DNA of 64,000 nt, from assembly GCA_017469565.1 (NCBI GenBank), contig JAFUGC010000003.1:13656-77655 (forward strand), given 5' to 3'. Below the pieces are notes generated by a model. That model did not search any database and was not told where the DNA came from. It worked only from the letters and a program-made list of their open reading frames with translations. Made by a program: the position numbers and the translations under genes. This document shows positions 47,037-56,733 of the stretch, in pieces; position 1 is the first letter of the stretch; each line of letters begins with the position of its first letter. This DNA comes from Clostridia bacterium (GTDB taxonomy: Bacteria; Bacillota; Clostridia; TANB77; UBA1234).

Positions 47037-47150
47037 AAAACTCCAGTTGCCCAAGGGGACAGTGATATCTACTCCAAACCCCATACCTAACCTCCCTAGG
47101 TTTGGAGTAGATATCACTGTCCCCTTGGGCGACTGGAGTTTTCTACAGCC
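47036..47150. repeat. Near-perfect ~50-bp-stem hairpin (bidirectional terminator between the UDG-like gene and recQ) with a GGGGACAGTG core
   Basis: gtagaaaactccagttgcccaaggggacagtgatatctactccaaacc ... ggtttggagtagatatcactgtccccttgggcgactggagttttctac. Confidence 0.7.
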
Positions 47151-47219
47151 CCTATTTTGGTCTGATTTCCCTGATTATCCTTTTTTGGTTTGTTTTGCTT
47201 GGCTGGTTTGCTTGATTTT

Positions 47220-49064
47220 TTAGGAGGGGATGATGTTGTTTTGAGTAAGGTATTCGGAGATTGCTTGGATGAATGTTTCTCCGTACTTTTCGAATTTTGC
47301 TTCTCCTACTCCTTTGATGGCTAGCATGCTTTCTTTGCTTACTGGATAGTAGGCGGACATTTCTTTTAGGGTGGTGTCTGCAAAGATAATGAATGGCGGG
47401 ACGTTGTTTTGTATAGCTAGTTCCATTCTTAGTTTGCGCAATTGTTCGAATAGTGTTTTGTCTACGTTTAGTGGTTTTTGTGTTGTGTTTGCACCGTCTG
47501 TATCATCCATATGGAATCCGATTTTCTTTTCCGGAATTTTTTCAAATTTGCGTTTTACTAATACTTTTTGGCCACAAAAGAGTACCTCATCTGCTCTAGG
47601 TGTTAGAGATAGGACAGGGTATTCGTTTCCTACTGTTTTGACATAGTCTTCTGTTTCTAAATAGGCGATAAAGCTTTTGATGGTTTCTTTCGTGTATTCG
47701 TGCATGATGCCGTATGTGGACAGCTCATCAAAATGGTATCGTCTAATTTTTTCTACTTTTGCTCCTTTTAGGACATCGGTGACGAGATTACTTCCAAAAT
47801 TTCCGCGCATGCGTTTGATGCAGGATAATATTTTTTGGCTTTCTAGGGTGATGTCTGAAATTTCTACGGTGCTTAGGCAGTTGCTACAGTTGTCACAATG
47901 GTCAAACTGCGTTTCTTCTCCAAAGTATTCTAAAATATATTTTCTAAGGCACTTGTCTGTGTTGCAATAATCTATCATGTCATTTAGTTTTTCATATTCG
48001 TAGAAATGGTTTTCGTTTGGGATGGAGTCTATTAAAAATTTATTATCTACGATGTCTGAACGTGAGAATAACAAAATACATTCCGATGCCAAGCCATCAC
48101 GCCCTGCACGGCCGGCTTCTTGGTAGTAGCTTTCTAGGTCTTTTGGCATGTTATAGTGAATGACAAAACGGATGTTGGATTTGTCAATACCCATGCCGAA
48201 GGCGTTTGTGGCTACCATGATTTGTGTTCTGTCATAAGTGAAATCATCTTGGTTTTGAGTTCTTGCCTTTTCTGTCATGCCGGCGTGATATTTAGAGACT
48301 GAGTATCCTAGGTCTGACAGTTTTTGGTGCAGGCTATCTACGTTTTTTCTGGTGACGCAGTAGATAATACCAGAGCTTGCGGTGGCAAAATCACCTTTTA
48401 AGTATTCTTTGATAAAGTCAAATTTTTTCTCTGGGGTTTCTACTTTAAACGTGAGATTTTTCCTGTCAAAACTTGTGGTAAGAGAAAATGGGTTTTGCAG
48501 TTCTAGCAAATGAATGATATCTTCCTTTACCCTCTTGGTGGCGGTTGCTGTAAAACTGGAAACGATAGGACGTTTCTTTAATTTTTTGATGACCTCTGCA
48601 ATATAGCAATAGCTTGGCCTAAAGTCATGGCCCCATTGTGATACGCAGTGTGCCTCATCAATGGTAAACATGGAGATATCAATATTGTTTAGCACATTGA
48701 GAAAGGTTTCTGACTCTAATCTTTCTGGCGCAACGTATATGATTTTATAAACATTATGTACGATGTTTTCAATGGTTTGTTCATAGTCACGGTAGGACAG
48801 GGTGCTGTTAACGTAAGTGGCAGGGATGCCTACTTCATTTAAACTATCCACTTGATCTTTCATGAGTGAAATTAAGGGAGAGATGACGATAGTGACTCCC
48901 TCAAAAATAACGGCAGGAATCTGGTAGCAGATAGACTTTCCAGCACCGGTTGGCATGATGCCTAGGGTGTCTTCACCGTTTAAAATATGCTCTATGATTG
49001 TTTCTTGACCATGCCTAAAGGTGTCATAGCCAAAGTATTTTTTTAGTACTGTTTTTGGTTCCAT
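47220..49064 (-). CDS. recQ: ATP-dependent DNA helicase RecQ
   Basis: Helicase motifs (MPTGAGKS, DEAH), RQC zinc-binding region, C-terminal HRDC; 614 aa. Confidence 0.9.
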   Translation of the reverse strand: MEPKTVLKKYFGYDTFRHGQETIIEHILNGEDTLGIMPTGAGKSICYQIPAVIFEGVTIVISPLISLMKDQVDSLNEVGIPATYVNSTLSYRDYEQTIENIVHNVYKIIYVAPERLESETFLNVLNNIDISMFTIDEAHCVSQWGHDFRPSYCYIAEVIKKLKKRPIVSSFTATATKRVKEDIIHLLELQNPFSLTTSFDRKNLTFKVETPEKKFDFIKEYLKGDFATASSGIIYCVTRKNVDSLHQKLSDLGYSVSKYHAGMTEKARTQNQDDFTYDRTQIMVATNAFGMGIDKSNIRFVIHYNMPKDLESYYQEAGRAGRDGLASECILLFSRSDIVDNKFLIDSIPNENHFYEYEKLNDMIDYCNTDKCLRKYILEYFGEETQFDHCDNCSNCLSTVEISDITLESQKILSCIKRMRGNFGSNLVTDVLKGAKVEKIRRYHFDELSTYGIMHEYTKETIKSFIAYLETEDYVKTVGNEYPVLSLTPRADEVLFCGQKVLVKRKFEKIPEKKIGFHMDDTDGANTTQKPLNVDKTLFEQLRKLRMELAIQNNVPPFIIFADTTLKEMSAYYPVSKESMLAIKGVGEAKFEKYGETFIQAISEYLTQNNIIPS

Positions 49065-49259
49065 TTATTTACCTCACTTTAAGGGGATTTTTGTGACGGG
49101 TGCCACTTTTTGAAATAATGAATCATGATGCCATCCGTGATTTGCTAATTGCATCATAATTGGTTAAGAGCTGTTTGTCAAGTAGAAAATGCGTATTTTG
49201 AAGCCAATTACTTCCTAAAGCGGCTTTTTTGTGATATAATGCGTGAAAGGTGAAAAAAG

Positions 49260-50246
49260 ATGGATGGAGAAAAAATAATAGAGGCGGCAAAAGTAATTAA
49301 AAATGGAGGAATTGTTTTATTTCCCACAGAAACTGTGTATGGGATTGGAGCAAATGCACTAAATGATGAAGCGGTGGAAAAGATATTTATCGCCAAGGGG
49401 CGTGCACAGGATAATCCTTTGATTTTGCATATTTCAGATAGGGAGATGTTAGCACAGATTGTAGAGGATGTATCTGAAATGGAATATAGGCTGATGAATG
49501 CTTTTTGGCCGGGGCCTTTTACCATAATTCTAAATAAAAAAGAGGGGATTGCCAATGTTGCTACCTGCCATGGAAATACGGTTGGCGTTAGAATGCCGAG
49601 CAATCCCATTGCACAAGAACTCATAAGAGAGGCAGGGGTGCCTATTGCAGCACCGAGTGCGAATATTTCAGGCAAGCCGAGTGGAACCAAACTTTCGGAT
49701 ATTTTTGAGGAATTAAAAGACAAAGTGGATTACATGATAGATGGCGGAGAAACAGACATTGGGCTTGAGTCTACTGTTGTAAGGGTGATTGAGGATGAAG
49801 TGAGAATCTTAAGACCTGGTAAAATCACCCAAGAGGATATTGAAAAAGTCATGAATCATGTGGAAATTGACAAAAATGTGATGGGGGAGATTGCACCAAA
49901 TGAAAAGGTATTGTCTCCGGGCATGAAGTACAGGCATTATGCACCAAAGACGCATTGCAAATTGATTTATAGTAGTGATAGCAATAAAATGATTGCTAAG
50001 GTTCTTAGCATCGCTAAGGAATATCAAAATGTGGTCATCTTGTCTTTTCGTGAAGATATTGCTAGTTTTAAGGGCTATGAATGTATTGATATTGGGAGTA
50101 AAAATGATTTAGAAGAGGTTTCTCATCATATTTTTTCTGCATTAAGAAAAATTGATGAGTATGATGTTGATTTGGCTCTGATAGAAGGAGTGGAAGCAAA
50201 GCGGCATTGGCCTTGCCATTATGAACAGATTAATGAGAGCATGTGA
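49260..50246 (+). CDS. tsaC: L-threonylcarbamoyladenylate synthase (YrdC + Sua5 C-terminal domain)
   Basis: YrdC fold motifs (VLFPTETVYGIGANA, SANISGKPS) plus a Sua5 domain; 328 aa. Confidence 0.85.
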   Translation: MDGEKIIEAAKVIKNGGIVLFPTETVYGIGANALNDEAVEKIFIAKGRAQDNPLILHISDREMLAQIVEDVSEMEYRLMNAFWPGPFTIILNKKEGIANVATCHGNTVGVRMPSNPIAQELIREAGVPIAAPSANISGKPSGTKLSDIFEELKDKVDYMIDGGETDIGLESTVVRVIEDEVRILRPGKITQEDIEKVMNHVEIDKNVMGEIAPNEKVLSPGMKYRHYAPKTHCKLIYSSDSNKMIAKVLSIAKEYQNVVILSFREDIASFKGYECIDIGSKNDLEEVSHHIFSALRKIDEYDVDLALIEGVEAKRHWPCHYEQINESM

Positions 50247-50256
50247 ACATGATTTT

Positions 50257-50529
50257 GTCATTGTCATTTAGGAATCGTCATCTAGGGACAGCTCTTCGTC
50301 AATTAGGGACAACCATTTTTGACGTAACATAATTAAGTGAAATATTAAGGGTCGCATCTTTTTATTTCATTGAATTTAATTGGCATAGAGTAAAGGCTTT
50401 AAGGGTTGAATTATTTGTATATGAATAGAAAAGTTGATAAAATATCAATCAAATAATAATGAATACAAAATAAAAAATGGGTATTAAGAGAGGAGTTATG
50501 TAACGTCAAAAAGTGCTGTCCCTAAATGA
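50257..50529. mobile_element. MITE-like repeat copy 1 (~270 bp, ~38-bp terminal inverted repeats)
   Basis: Left end GTCATTTAGG...TAGGGACAGC...TTAGGGACAACCATTTTTGACGTAACATAATTAAG. Right end AGTTATGTAACGTCAAAAAGTGCTGTCCCTAAATGA. Conserved internal GGGTCGCATCTTTTTATTTCAT. Confidence 0.65.
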
Positions 50530-50554
50530 TTTTATTTTATGAAAGGAGAAACTA

Positions 50555-51619
50555 ATGGAAAATAATGATTTAGTAAAACAAGGAAAAAATGAAATAACAA
50601 AAACTGATATTTCTATTATGGGAAATAAAGAAATTACTTCTGATTTTATGTTAGAAGAGATTATTTCTAAAGCTATTCAAATACCCGGTGTAAAAGTAGA
50701 TAGAAATAAGTTCCTAGCAGAAGAATTTTCTTCAAAAGTTGATATACTAGAAAATATAATTAATAATGGCCCAATAGAGACTGGAATATCTAGAGAAGAA
50801 ATTAATAATTTAGCGAATAAATTAATAATAAAAAGAACGAGTCAATCTTCAATTGCTTCATTTGCTGCTGGTATTCCTGGAGGATTAGTAATGGCGGCAA
50901 CAATTCCAGCAGATATATTACAATTTTTTGGAATGGCTTTAAGACTTGCACAGGAACTATCATATCTATATGGAGCAGACGATTTATGGAAAAATGGACA
51001 AGTTGATGATGAAAAAATTAAAAATCAATTAATACTTTACTGTGGAGTTATGTTTGGAGTATCTGGAGCAGTTTCGGGTGTTAGGGTTTTATCAACTCAA
51101 ATTGCAAAAACAGCACTAAAGAAAATTCCGCAAAAAGCATTAACCAAAACATTTTGGTATCCAATTATTAAAAAAACATGTTCATTTGTTGGATATACTC
51201 TTACAAAGAAGGCTTTCGCTTCTGGTGTTTCTAAAGCAATACCAGTTATTGGTGGTGTAATATCGGGAACAATTAATTTTGCCTCAATGATGCCTATGGC
51301 AAAGAGACTAAATGGTACATTGGATGAAGCTACTTTTGATTATTCAGAAGAAGAATTTAATAAAGATATTGAAATATTAAGTACTGAAAGTGGAGAAGTA
51401 ACTGAAGAAGAAAAACAAGATTTCAAAGAAAAATTTGCAGAAGGATTTAATAAAACTAAAGATAGTGTTTCAAATTGGTTTTCCAAATTAGGTAAGAATA
51501 AAAATGAGTCAAAAAAAGACCCTATAGAAGAAATAAAAAAATATAAAGAATTATTGGATTCTGGTATTATTAATCAGGAAGAATTTGATAACAAGAAAAA
51601 AGAACTATTAAATTTATAA
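50555..51619 (+). CDS. EcsC-family-like membrane-associated protein with a C-terminal SHOCT domain
   Basis: Central GIPGGLVMAATIPADILQFFGMALRLAQELSYLYG (EcsC-like). C-terminal EEIKKYKELLDSGIINQEEFDNKKKELL (SHOCT). RBS AAAGGAG. Confidence 0.55.
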   Translation: MENNDLVKQGKNEITKTDISIMGNKEITSDFMLEEIISKAIQIPGVKVDRNKFLAEEFSSKVDILENIINNGPIETGISREEINNLANKLIIKRTSQSSIASFAAGIPGGLVMAATIPADILQFFGMALRLAQELSYLYGADDLWKNGQVDDEKIKNQLILYCGVMFGVSGAVSGVRVLSTQIAKTALKKIPQKALTKTFWYPIIKKTCSFVGYTLTKKAFASGVSKAIPVIGGVISGTINFASMMPMAKRLNGTLDEATFDYSEEEFNKDIEILSTESGEVTEEEKQDFKEKFAEGFNKTKDSVSNWFSKLGKNKNESKKDPIEEIKKYKELLDSGIINQEEFDNKKKELLNL

Positions 51620-51644
51620 AGATTTGAGTTACTCGTAAGATTTT

Positions 51645-51895
51645 GTCATTTAGGGACCGTCATTTAGGGACAACCCTTTTTGACGTAACATAATTAAGTG
51701 AAATATTAAGGGTCGCATCCTTTTATTTCATTTAATTGGCATAAAGTAAAAGCTATAAGGGGTAAAATTATTTGTTTTTGAAAGGAAAAATTGTTAGAAT
51801 ATCAAGCGAACAATAATGAATAAAAAAGGTATTAAGAATGGAATTATGTAACGTCAAAAATGGTTGTCCCTAATTGACGCTCCCTAATTGACGAA
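51645..51895. mobile_element. MITE-like repeat copy 2
   Basis: Same element: GTCATTTAGGGACCGTCATTTAGGGACAACCCTTTTTGACGTAACATAATTAAG ... GAATTATGTAACGTCAAAAATGGTTGTCCCTAATTGACG. Confidence 0.65.
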
Positions 51896-51981
51896 ATCAA
51901 ATTCAATGGGCTATTCTCACATTATCAAACACCAGTGAAAGTACTGAAAAATAAGCATTTTTTGCAAGGAGATGAGAAATA

Positions 51982-53010
51982 ATGTCGAAAGATTTAATCA
52001 TAAGAAGCAGTAGTGCAGAATTTTTAATATTTGAGAGACAGTCACATGATAAAGGAGTTCAAGTTAGATTTGAAAATGGAGACTTATGGTTAACCCAAAA
52101 AGCAATAAGTGAATTATATGACTGTTCCACAGACAATGTTGGATTACATTTAAAAAACATATATAATGACTATGAATTGGACAGGGATTCAACTACCGAG
52201 GATTTCTCGGTAGTTCAAAAAGAGGGAAATAGAGAAGTAAAAAGAACAATCAAGTATTATAATTTAGATGCGGTAATTTCTGTAGGATATAGGGTAAATT
52301 CAGACCGAGCAATACAATTCAGAAGGTGGGCAACGAATATATTAAAAGAGTTCTCTAAAAAGGGATATATTATTGATAAAAAGAGAATGGAAAATGGTGC
52401 TTTTTTTGACGAAGACTATTACGATTCTTTACTTGCTGAAATAAGAGAAATACGATTATCTGAGAGAAGATTCTATCAAAAAATAACGGATATATATGCA
52501 ACTAGTGTAGACTATGATTCTAGGTCACCAATTACAATAAAGTTCTTTAAAAAAGTTCAAAATAAAATGCATTATGCGGTATCTCATCAAACTGCAGCAG
52601 AGATAATCTATCATAGAGCAGATGCAGAAAAAGACAATATGGGATTAACATCATGGAAAAATTTTCCTAATGGAAAAATACTTGAGACAGATGTAGTCAG
52701 TGCTAAAAACTATTTATCAAAAGAAGAATTAGAACAATTAGAATTGATAGTTTCTGCATTTTTAGATTTAGCAGAAGCAAGAGCAAAAAGAAATATTCCT
52801 ATGACGATGGAGGATTGGGCAACAAGAATTGATAAGTACTTGTTATCAGATGATAGAGATATATTAAAGGATGCAGGAAAGATATCACATGAGATAGCTT
52901 GTGATAAGGCTTTAACTGAATTTGAAAAATATAGAGTGAAACAAGACAAGTTATATAAATCAGATTTTGATAAATTAATGGAAGAAAGCGAGAATTATTA
53001 TGTCATTTAG
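51982..53010 (+). CDS. RhuM-family virulence-associated protein
   Basis: N-terminal FERQSHDKGVQVRFENGDLWLTQKAISELY and overall length ~342 aa match the RhuM family. The stop codon TAG lies inside the TIR of repeat copy 3. Confidence 0.75.
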   Translation: MSKDLIIRSSSAEFLIFERQSHDKGVQVRFENGDLWLTQKAISELYDCSTDNVGLHLKNIYNDYELDRDSTTEDFSVVQKEGNREVKRTIKYYNLDAVISVGYRVNSDRAIQFRRWATNILKEFSKKGYIIDKKRMENGAFFDEDYYDSLLAEIREIRLSERRFYQKITDIYATSVDYDSRSPITIKFFKKVQNKMHYAVSHQTAAEIIYHRADAEKDNMGLTSWKNFPNGKILETDVVSAKNYLSKEELEQLELIVSAFLDLAEARAKRNIPMTMEDWATRIDKYLLSDDRDILKDAGKISHEIACDKALTEFEKYRVKQDKLYKSDFDKLMEESENYYVI

Positions 53011-53224
53011 GGACAGCCCTTTTTGACGTAACATAATTAAATGAAATATTAAGGGTCGCATCTTTTTATTTCATTTAGTTGGCATAAAGTAAAAGCTTTA
53101 AGGGATAAAATTATTTGTTTAAGAAAGGAAAAATGGCTAAAATATCAAGTGAACAATAATGAATAAAAAAAGGTATTAAGAATGGAATTATGTAACGTCA
53201 AAAAGGACTGTCCCTAATTGACGT
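53002..53224. mobile_element. MITE-like repeat copy 3
   Basis: GTCATTTAGGGACAGCCCTTTTTGACGTAACATAATTAAA ... GGAATTATGTAACGTCAAAAAGGACTGTCCCTAATTGACG. Confidence 0.65.
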
Positions 53225-53265
53225 TAAAATATTAAATATAACAGTTGAGAAAAGGTAAGATAAAG

Positions 53266-53904
53266 ATGAAACTAATACTGAGTTCCTGTGATTTTCTAAA
53301 TGAAAATTCTAAAAAAGTTATTTTAGAAAATATAGACAAAAATATAGCAGAGTGTAAAGTGTTGTTTATACCGAATGAAAATGCAACACAAGAGAAGATT
53401 TGTTCTGATAAATATTACAATAGATTATACAGTGATGGATTTACAAATAGAAAAAATATTTATATCTTTAATGAATTCGAATCAGACAAATACAGAAATT
53501 TAGACATTGATTTAATTTATATCAGTGGTGGTAATACTTTTGCTACTCTAAACAAATTAAAAAAATGTGGTTTTGATAAAGATATAATTAATTATATTAA
53601 GAAAAGTGTTACGTATATAGGTGGGTCATGTGGAGCAAATATTGTTACTCAAAATATTGAACATTTATTAAGTCTTGATGATAATTATGTAGATATCAAA
53701 AATTATGATGCATTAGGATTATTTGATGGAATAATAATTTCGCATTATGGAGCATCGGAATATAATGCCGAATTAAGAGAAAAAGTATATAATGACGCTA
53801 TTCAATTTGGAAAATATAAAGTATATAAACTTACAAATGATGATTCGATAGTCGTAATAGATGATAAAGTAATTATATATAAAGGAAGTGATAAAAATGA
53901 GTGA
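53266..53904 (+). CDS. Peptidase S51 (dipeptidase E-like) family protein
   Basis: IYISGGNTF and YIGGSCGANIV motifs (Ser nucleophile context), 212 aa. Confidence 0.65.
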   Translation: MKLILSSCDFLNENSKKVILENIDKNIAECKVLFIPNENATQEKICSDKYYNRLYSDGFTNRKNIYIFNEFESDKYRNLDIDLIYISGGNTFATLNKLKKCGFDKDIINYIKKSVTYIGGSCGANIVTQNIEHLLSLDDNYVDIKNYDALGLFDGIIISHYGASEYNAELREKVYNDAIQFGKYKVYKLTNDDSIVVIDDKVIIYKGSDKNE

Positions 53905-54757
53905 AAATCAAAATCAAATCCAGTGGTATCCGGGCCATATGGCTAGGGCAAGGCGTGAAATTGCTGAGGCAGTAAAACTGGTTGACGTGGTCATAGAGCT
54001 TGTGGATGCTAGAATTCCGGTGGCTAGTAGGAATCCTGTTTTGAACGAAATTATTGGGGAGAAACCTAGAATTATTGTACTAAATAAGGCGGATTTGGCC
54101 AACGGTGAGGATACGAAAAATTGGATTAAAAAATATAAGGAAAAAGGACAAGCTGCAGTAGAAGTCAATTCTAATGTTGGTAGTGGAATTAATCATGTGC
54201 TAGATGCTGTTTATGATTTGATGAAAGAAAAGCTTGAGAGAAAGGAGAAACAGGGGCTTGTAGGGGCTTCTGTGAAGGCCATGGTGGTTGGTATTCCAAA
54301 TGTGGGGAAATCGTCATTTATTAATAAAGTGGCAAAAAAGCCAACTACTGCAACTGGTAATAAACCGGGTGTGACAAGGAAGAACCAATGGGTAAGATTA
54401 AATGATAGGATTCAGCTTCTTGATACGCCAGGGGTTTTGTGGCCTAAGTTTGAAGATGAAAAACTGGCAAGGCATCTTGCATATATTGGGACTATCAAAG
54501 ATGACATTATGGATGTGGAGGAGCTTTCTTTCCACTTGGTGACGGAGCTTTTGGAGATAGAGAAGGCAAAGCTTTTTGAACGATTTAAAATTAGTGAAGA
54601 TTTTGAATATGAGATGCCACTCGAGGTGCTTGAAGAGATTGGAAGAAAAAGAGGCTGCCTTGTGAGAGGTGGAGAGATTGATTATACTAAGGTTGCTAAT
54701 ATTATTCTAGAAGAGTTTAGAAGTGGGAAGATTGGGCGAATCACACTTGAAAAGTAA
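53897..54757 (+). CDS. rbgA: Ribosome biogenesis GTPase A (YlqF/RbgA)
   Basis: Circularly permuted GTPase motifs (NKADL ... GIPNVGKSS ... DTPG). Starts QIQWYPGHMA. ATG is 8 nt after AAAGGAAG. Confidence 0.9.
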   Translation: MSENQNQIQWYPGHMARARREIAEAVKLVDVVIELVDARIPVASRNPVLNEIIGEKPRIIVLNKADLANGEDTKNWIKKYKEKGQAAVEVNSNVGSGINHVLDAVYDLMKEKLERKEKQGLVGASVKAMVVGIPNVGKSSFINKVAKKPTTATGNKPGVTRKNQWVRLNDRIQLLDTPGVLWPKFEDEKLARHLAYIGTIKDDIMDVEELSFHLVTELLEIEKAKLFERFKISEDFEYEMPLEVLEEIGRKRGCLVRGGEIDYTKVANIILEEFRSGKIGRITLEK

Positions 54758-54824
54758 AATGGGACATCTTCTTTGCAAGAAGAAGGAAAGCCTCTAAATA
54801 GAAAAAGGAAAGAAGGAAATATAG

Positions 54825-55208
54825 TTGAAAAAAGAGGAAGTATTGCAGTTTTCCTCCTTAGTCTTAGCCTATATGGGAGATGCTGTTTATGAAAAATATG
54901 TCCGTGAATATGTAATTAAGCAGGGGCATTGCAATAATGGATTATTGCATAAAAAGAGCATCAAATATGTGAGCGCAAAAGGACAGGCTAGTGCTTTAAA
55001 AAAGCTGGAGGAGATACTGACAGAGGAAGAAAAAGATGTGGTAAGAAGAGGCAGAAATTCCAATCCTCATTCTACTGCCAAAAATGCGGATATTGTGGAA
55101 TATAAGTATGCTACTGGGTTTGAAGCTTTAATTGGGTATTTGTATTTGACGGAGCAAACCGAAAGACTGGAGGAAATCGTTCATTTTTGCATTAATGAAA
55201 TTGGTTGA
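54825..55208 (+). CDS. mrnC: Mini-ribonuclease III
   Basis: LAYMGDAVYEKYVREYV RNase III-like catalytic motif; 127 aa; TTG start. Confidence 0.8.
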   Translation: MKKEEVLQFSSLVLAYMGDAVYEKYVREYVIKQGHCNNGLLHKKSIKYVSAKGQASALKKLEEILTEEEKDVVRRGRNSNPHSTAKNADIVEYKYATGFEALIGYLYLTEQTERLEEIVHFCINEIG

Positions 55209-55282
55209 AATTCTTAGATAAATGGAATATTGAATTTCTTTTTGATGTTTTATATAATTGAATAAAACAAGGAGGGATAATT

Positions 55283-56566
55283 TTGAGAATTAAAGAATTA
55301 AGAGCAAGGGCACGTGAGGATGCCTCTGGTAGTAAGATGAAACTAGTATTGCCAACATTTTTGATGACTTTACTCATTTATTTGATAGGTGTCATACCGG
55401 ATTTGTTGGGTGATGGAGTAGGAAAAATTATTGTTGGTGTGATTGCTTTTGTGGCAGTTTTATTTGTTAGTGTTTCAGCTTCTTATGCATTAATGCTTAG
55501 GATGCTAAAAGTGGCAAGAAAAGAAGAAACTTCTCCTTTCTTTTCAGATATTTTTGGAGAAGGAATGAGAAATGGATGGGCGTGTGCCTGGGGCATTTTC
55601 AAAAAAGTATGGTGCTGGTTCTTATTAGGTGTGATTGCTTATATTCTGATGGGCTATGGGCTTATTGCTGAGGGTATCACAAACTCGCAAAGTATTGAAA
55701 CTATTGCTAATCCAATTCATATCGTTCTTATATTGGTTGGATTTGTATTATTCATCGTTGCCATGATAAGATTAATTACGGTTAGCTATCGCTATTTCTT
55801 AGTGACATATTTAAAACACGATTATCCTGATAGAAGTATTAAGGAATTATTAGAAAAATCAGAGGAAATGATGGAAGGCAACAAGGCAAAAGTTTTTGTA
55901 ATACCACTTACATTTCTTGGTTGGCTAATATTATCAGCCTTATTAGGTGCAATAGTCTTTGTTATATTCAATGTTATTTGGCCACCATATACCATTTGGG
56001 GCATCACTGTTTCTACGGTGCCATTGTGGGCAGAAATACTAATGAGTGCGATTATTTATTTTATCGTTTCATTTGTAACTGCATACATGCAGTTAACGTA
56101 TTGTGAGTTTTATCTAGAGAGAAATCCATTAGGAATATACAATGAGGGCTATGTAAAACCTGAAACGAATCCAAAGAAATATAAGAAAATTATTGCATGG
56201 GTTTGTGCTATCTTTATTATCTTATGTATTGTAGTTCCGATTTTTCTATCTGCTTTGATATTTGTGCAATCATCTGAAGTAGTACATAATGCTTCTGATT
56301 CGCTTGAAAATGCGGTTGCCCAAATGGCTAATTCTAATCTTAGACAATATGCGGGTAAGGTAAGAGGATCTACTGTAAATGACCTAATTAAATATACTAA
56401 AACACTAAATGAACAAGAAGTCTTTCCTCGTCCTCTTGTCATCAAATATAATGATAGTGTAATGGATGATAGTGCAGATATTACTCCAAACGGTTTTTAT
56501 CAAGTAGATTTTACAGATAGCGACGGAGATGTGTATTATGATGTCATTGATATTAGAAATACCTAA
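55283..56566 (+). CDS. Polytopic membrane protein of unknown function (DUF975-like) with a C-terminal soluble domain
   Basis: TTG start is 6 nt after GGAGGG; ~6 TM helices. Confidence 0.5.
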   Translation: MRIKELRARAREDASGSKMKLVLPTFLMTLLIYLIGVIPDLLGDGVGKIIVGVIAFVAVLFVSVSASYALMLRMLKVARKEETSPFFSDIFGEGMRNGWACAWGIFKKVWCWFLLGVIAYILMGYGLIAEGITNSQSIETIANPIHIVLILVGFVLFIVAMIRLITVSYRYFLVTYLKHDYPDRSIKELLEKSEEMMEGNKAKVFVIPLTFLGWLILSALLGAIVFVIFNVIWPPYTIWGITVSTVPLWAEILMSAIIYFIVSFVTAYMQLTYCEFYLERNPLGIYNEGYVKPETNPKKYKKIIAWVCAIFIILCIVVPIFLSALIFVQSSEVVHNASDSLENAVAQMANSNLRQYAGKVRGSTVNDLIKYTKTLNEQEVFPRPLVIKYNDSVMDDSADITPNGFYQVDFTDSDGDVYYDVIDIRNT

Positions 56567-56733
56567 AAATTAGACTGAATTGTAACAAAATTTTGTGCAA
56601 AATTTACGAAAAACCTTGATTTTATTGGAATAATATTGTAAAATAAGCACAGCATAATAAAAGATAACAAAAAGAGTGAGGTTGGCCCTCACTCTTTAAG
56701 TTTGTAAAGAAAGTATTTTAGGAGGAAACCTTA

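Noticed and set aside
49208-49723. 171-aa minus-strand ORF overlapping tsaC
   Set aside because: It is entirely antisense to a strongly supported YrdC/Sua5 gene and has no RBS.
50257-53224. Integron attC sites for the three repeats
   Set aside because: The repeats are ~230-270 bp and nearly identical, with long TIRs. They lack a recognisable GTTRRRY core, and no integrase is present. MITE-like is the safer description; cassette-like behaviour is kept as a hypothesis in the findings.
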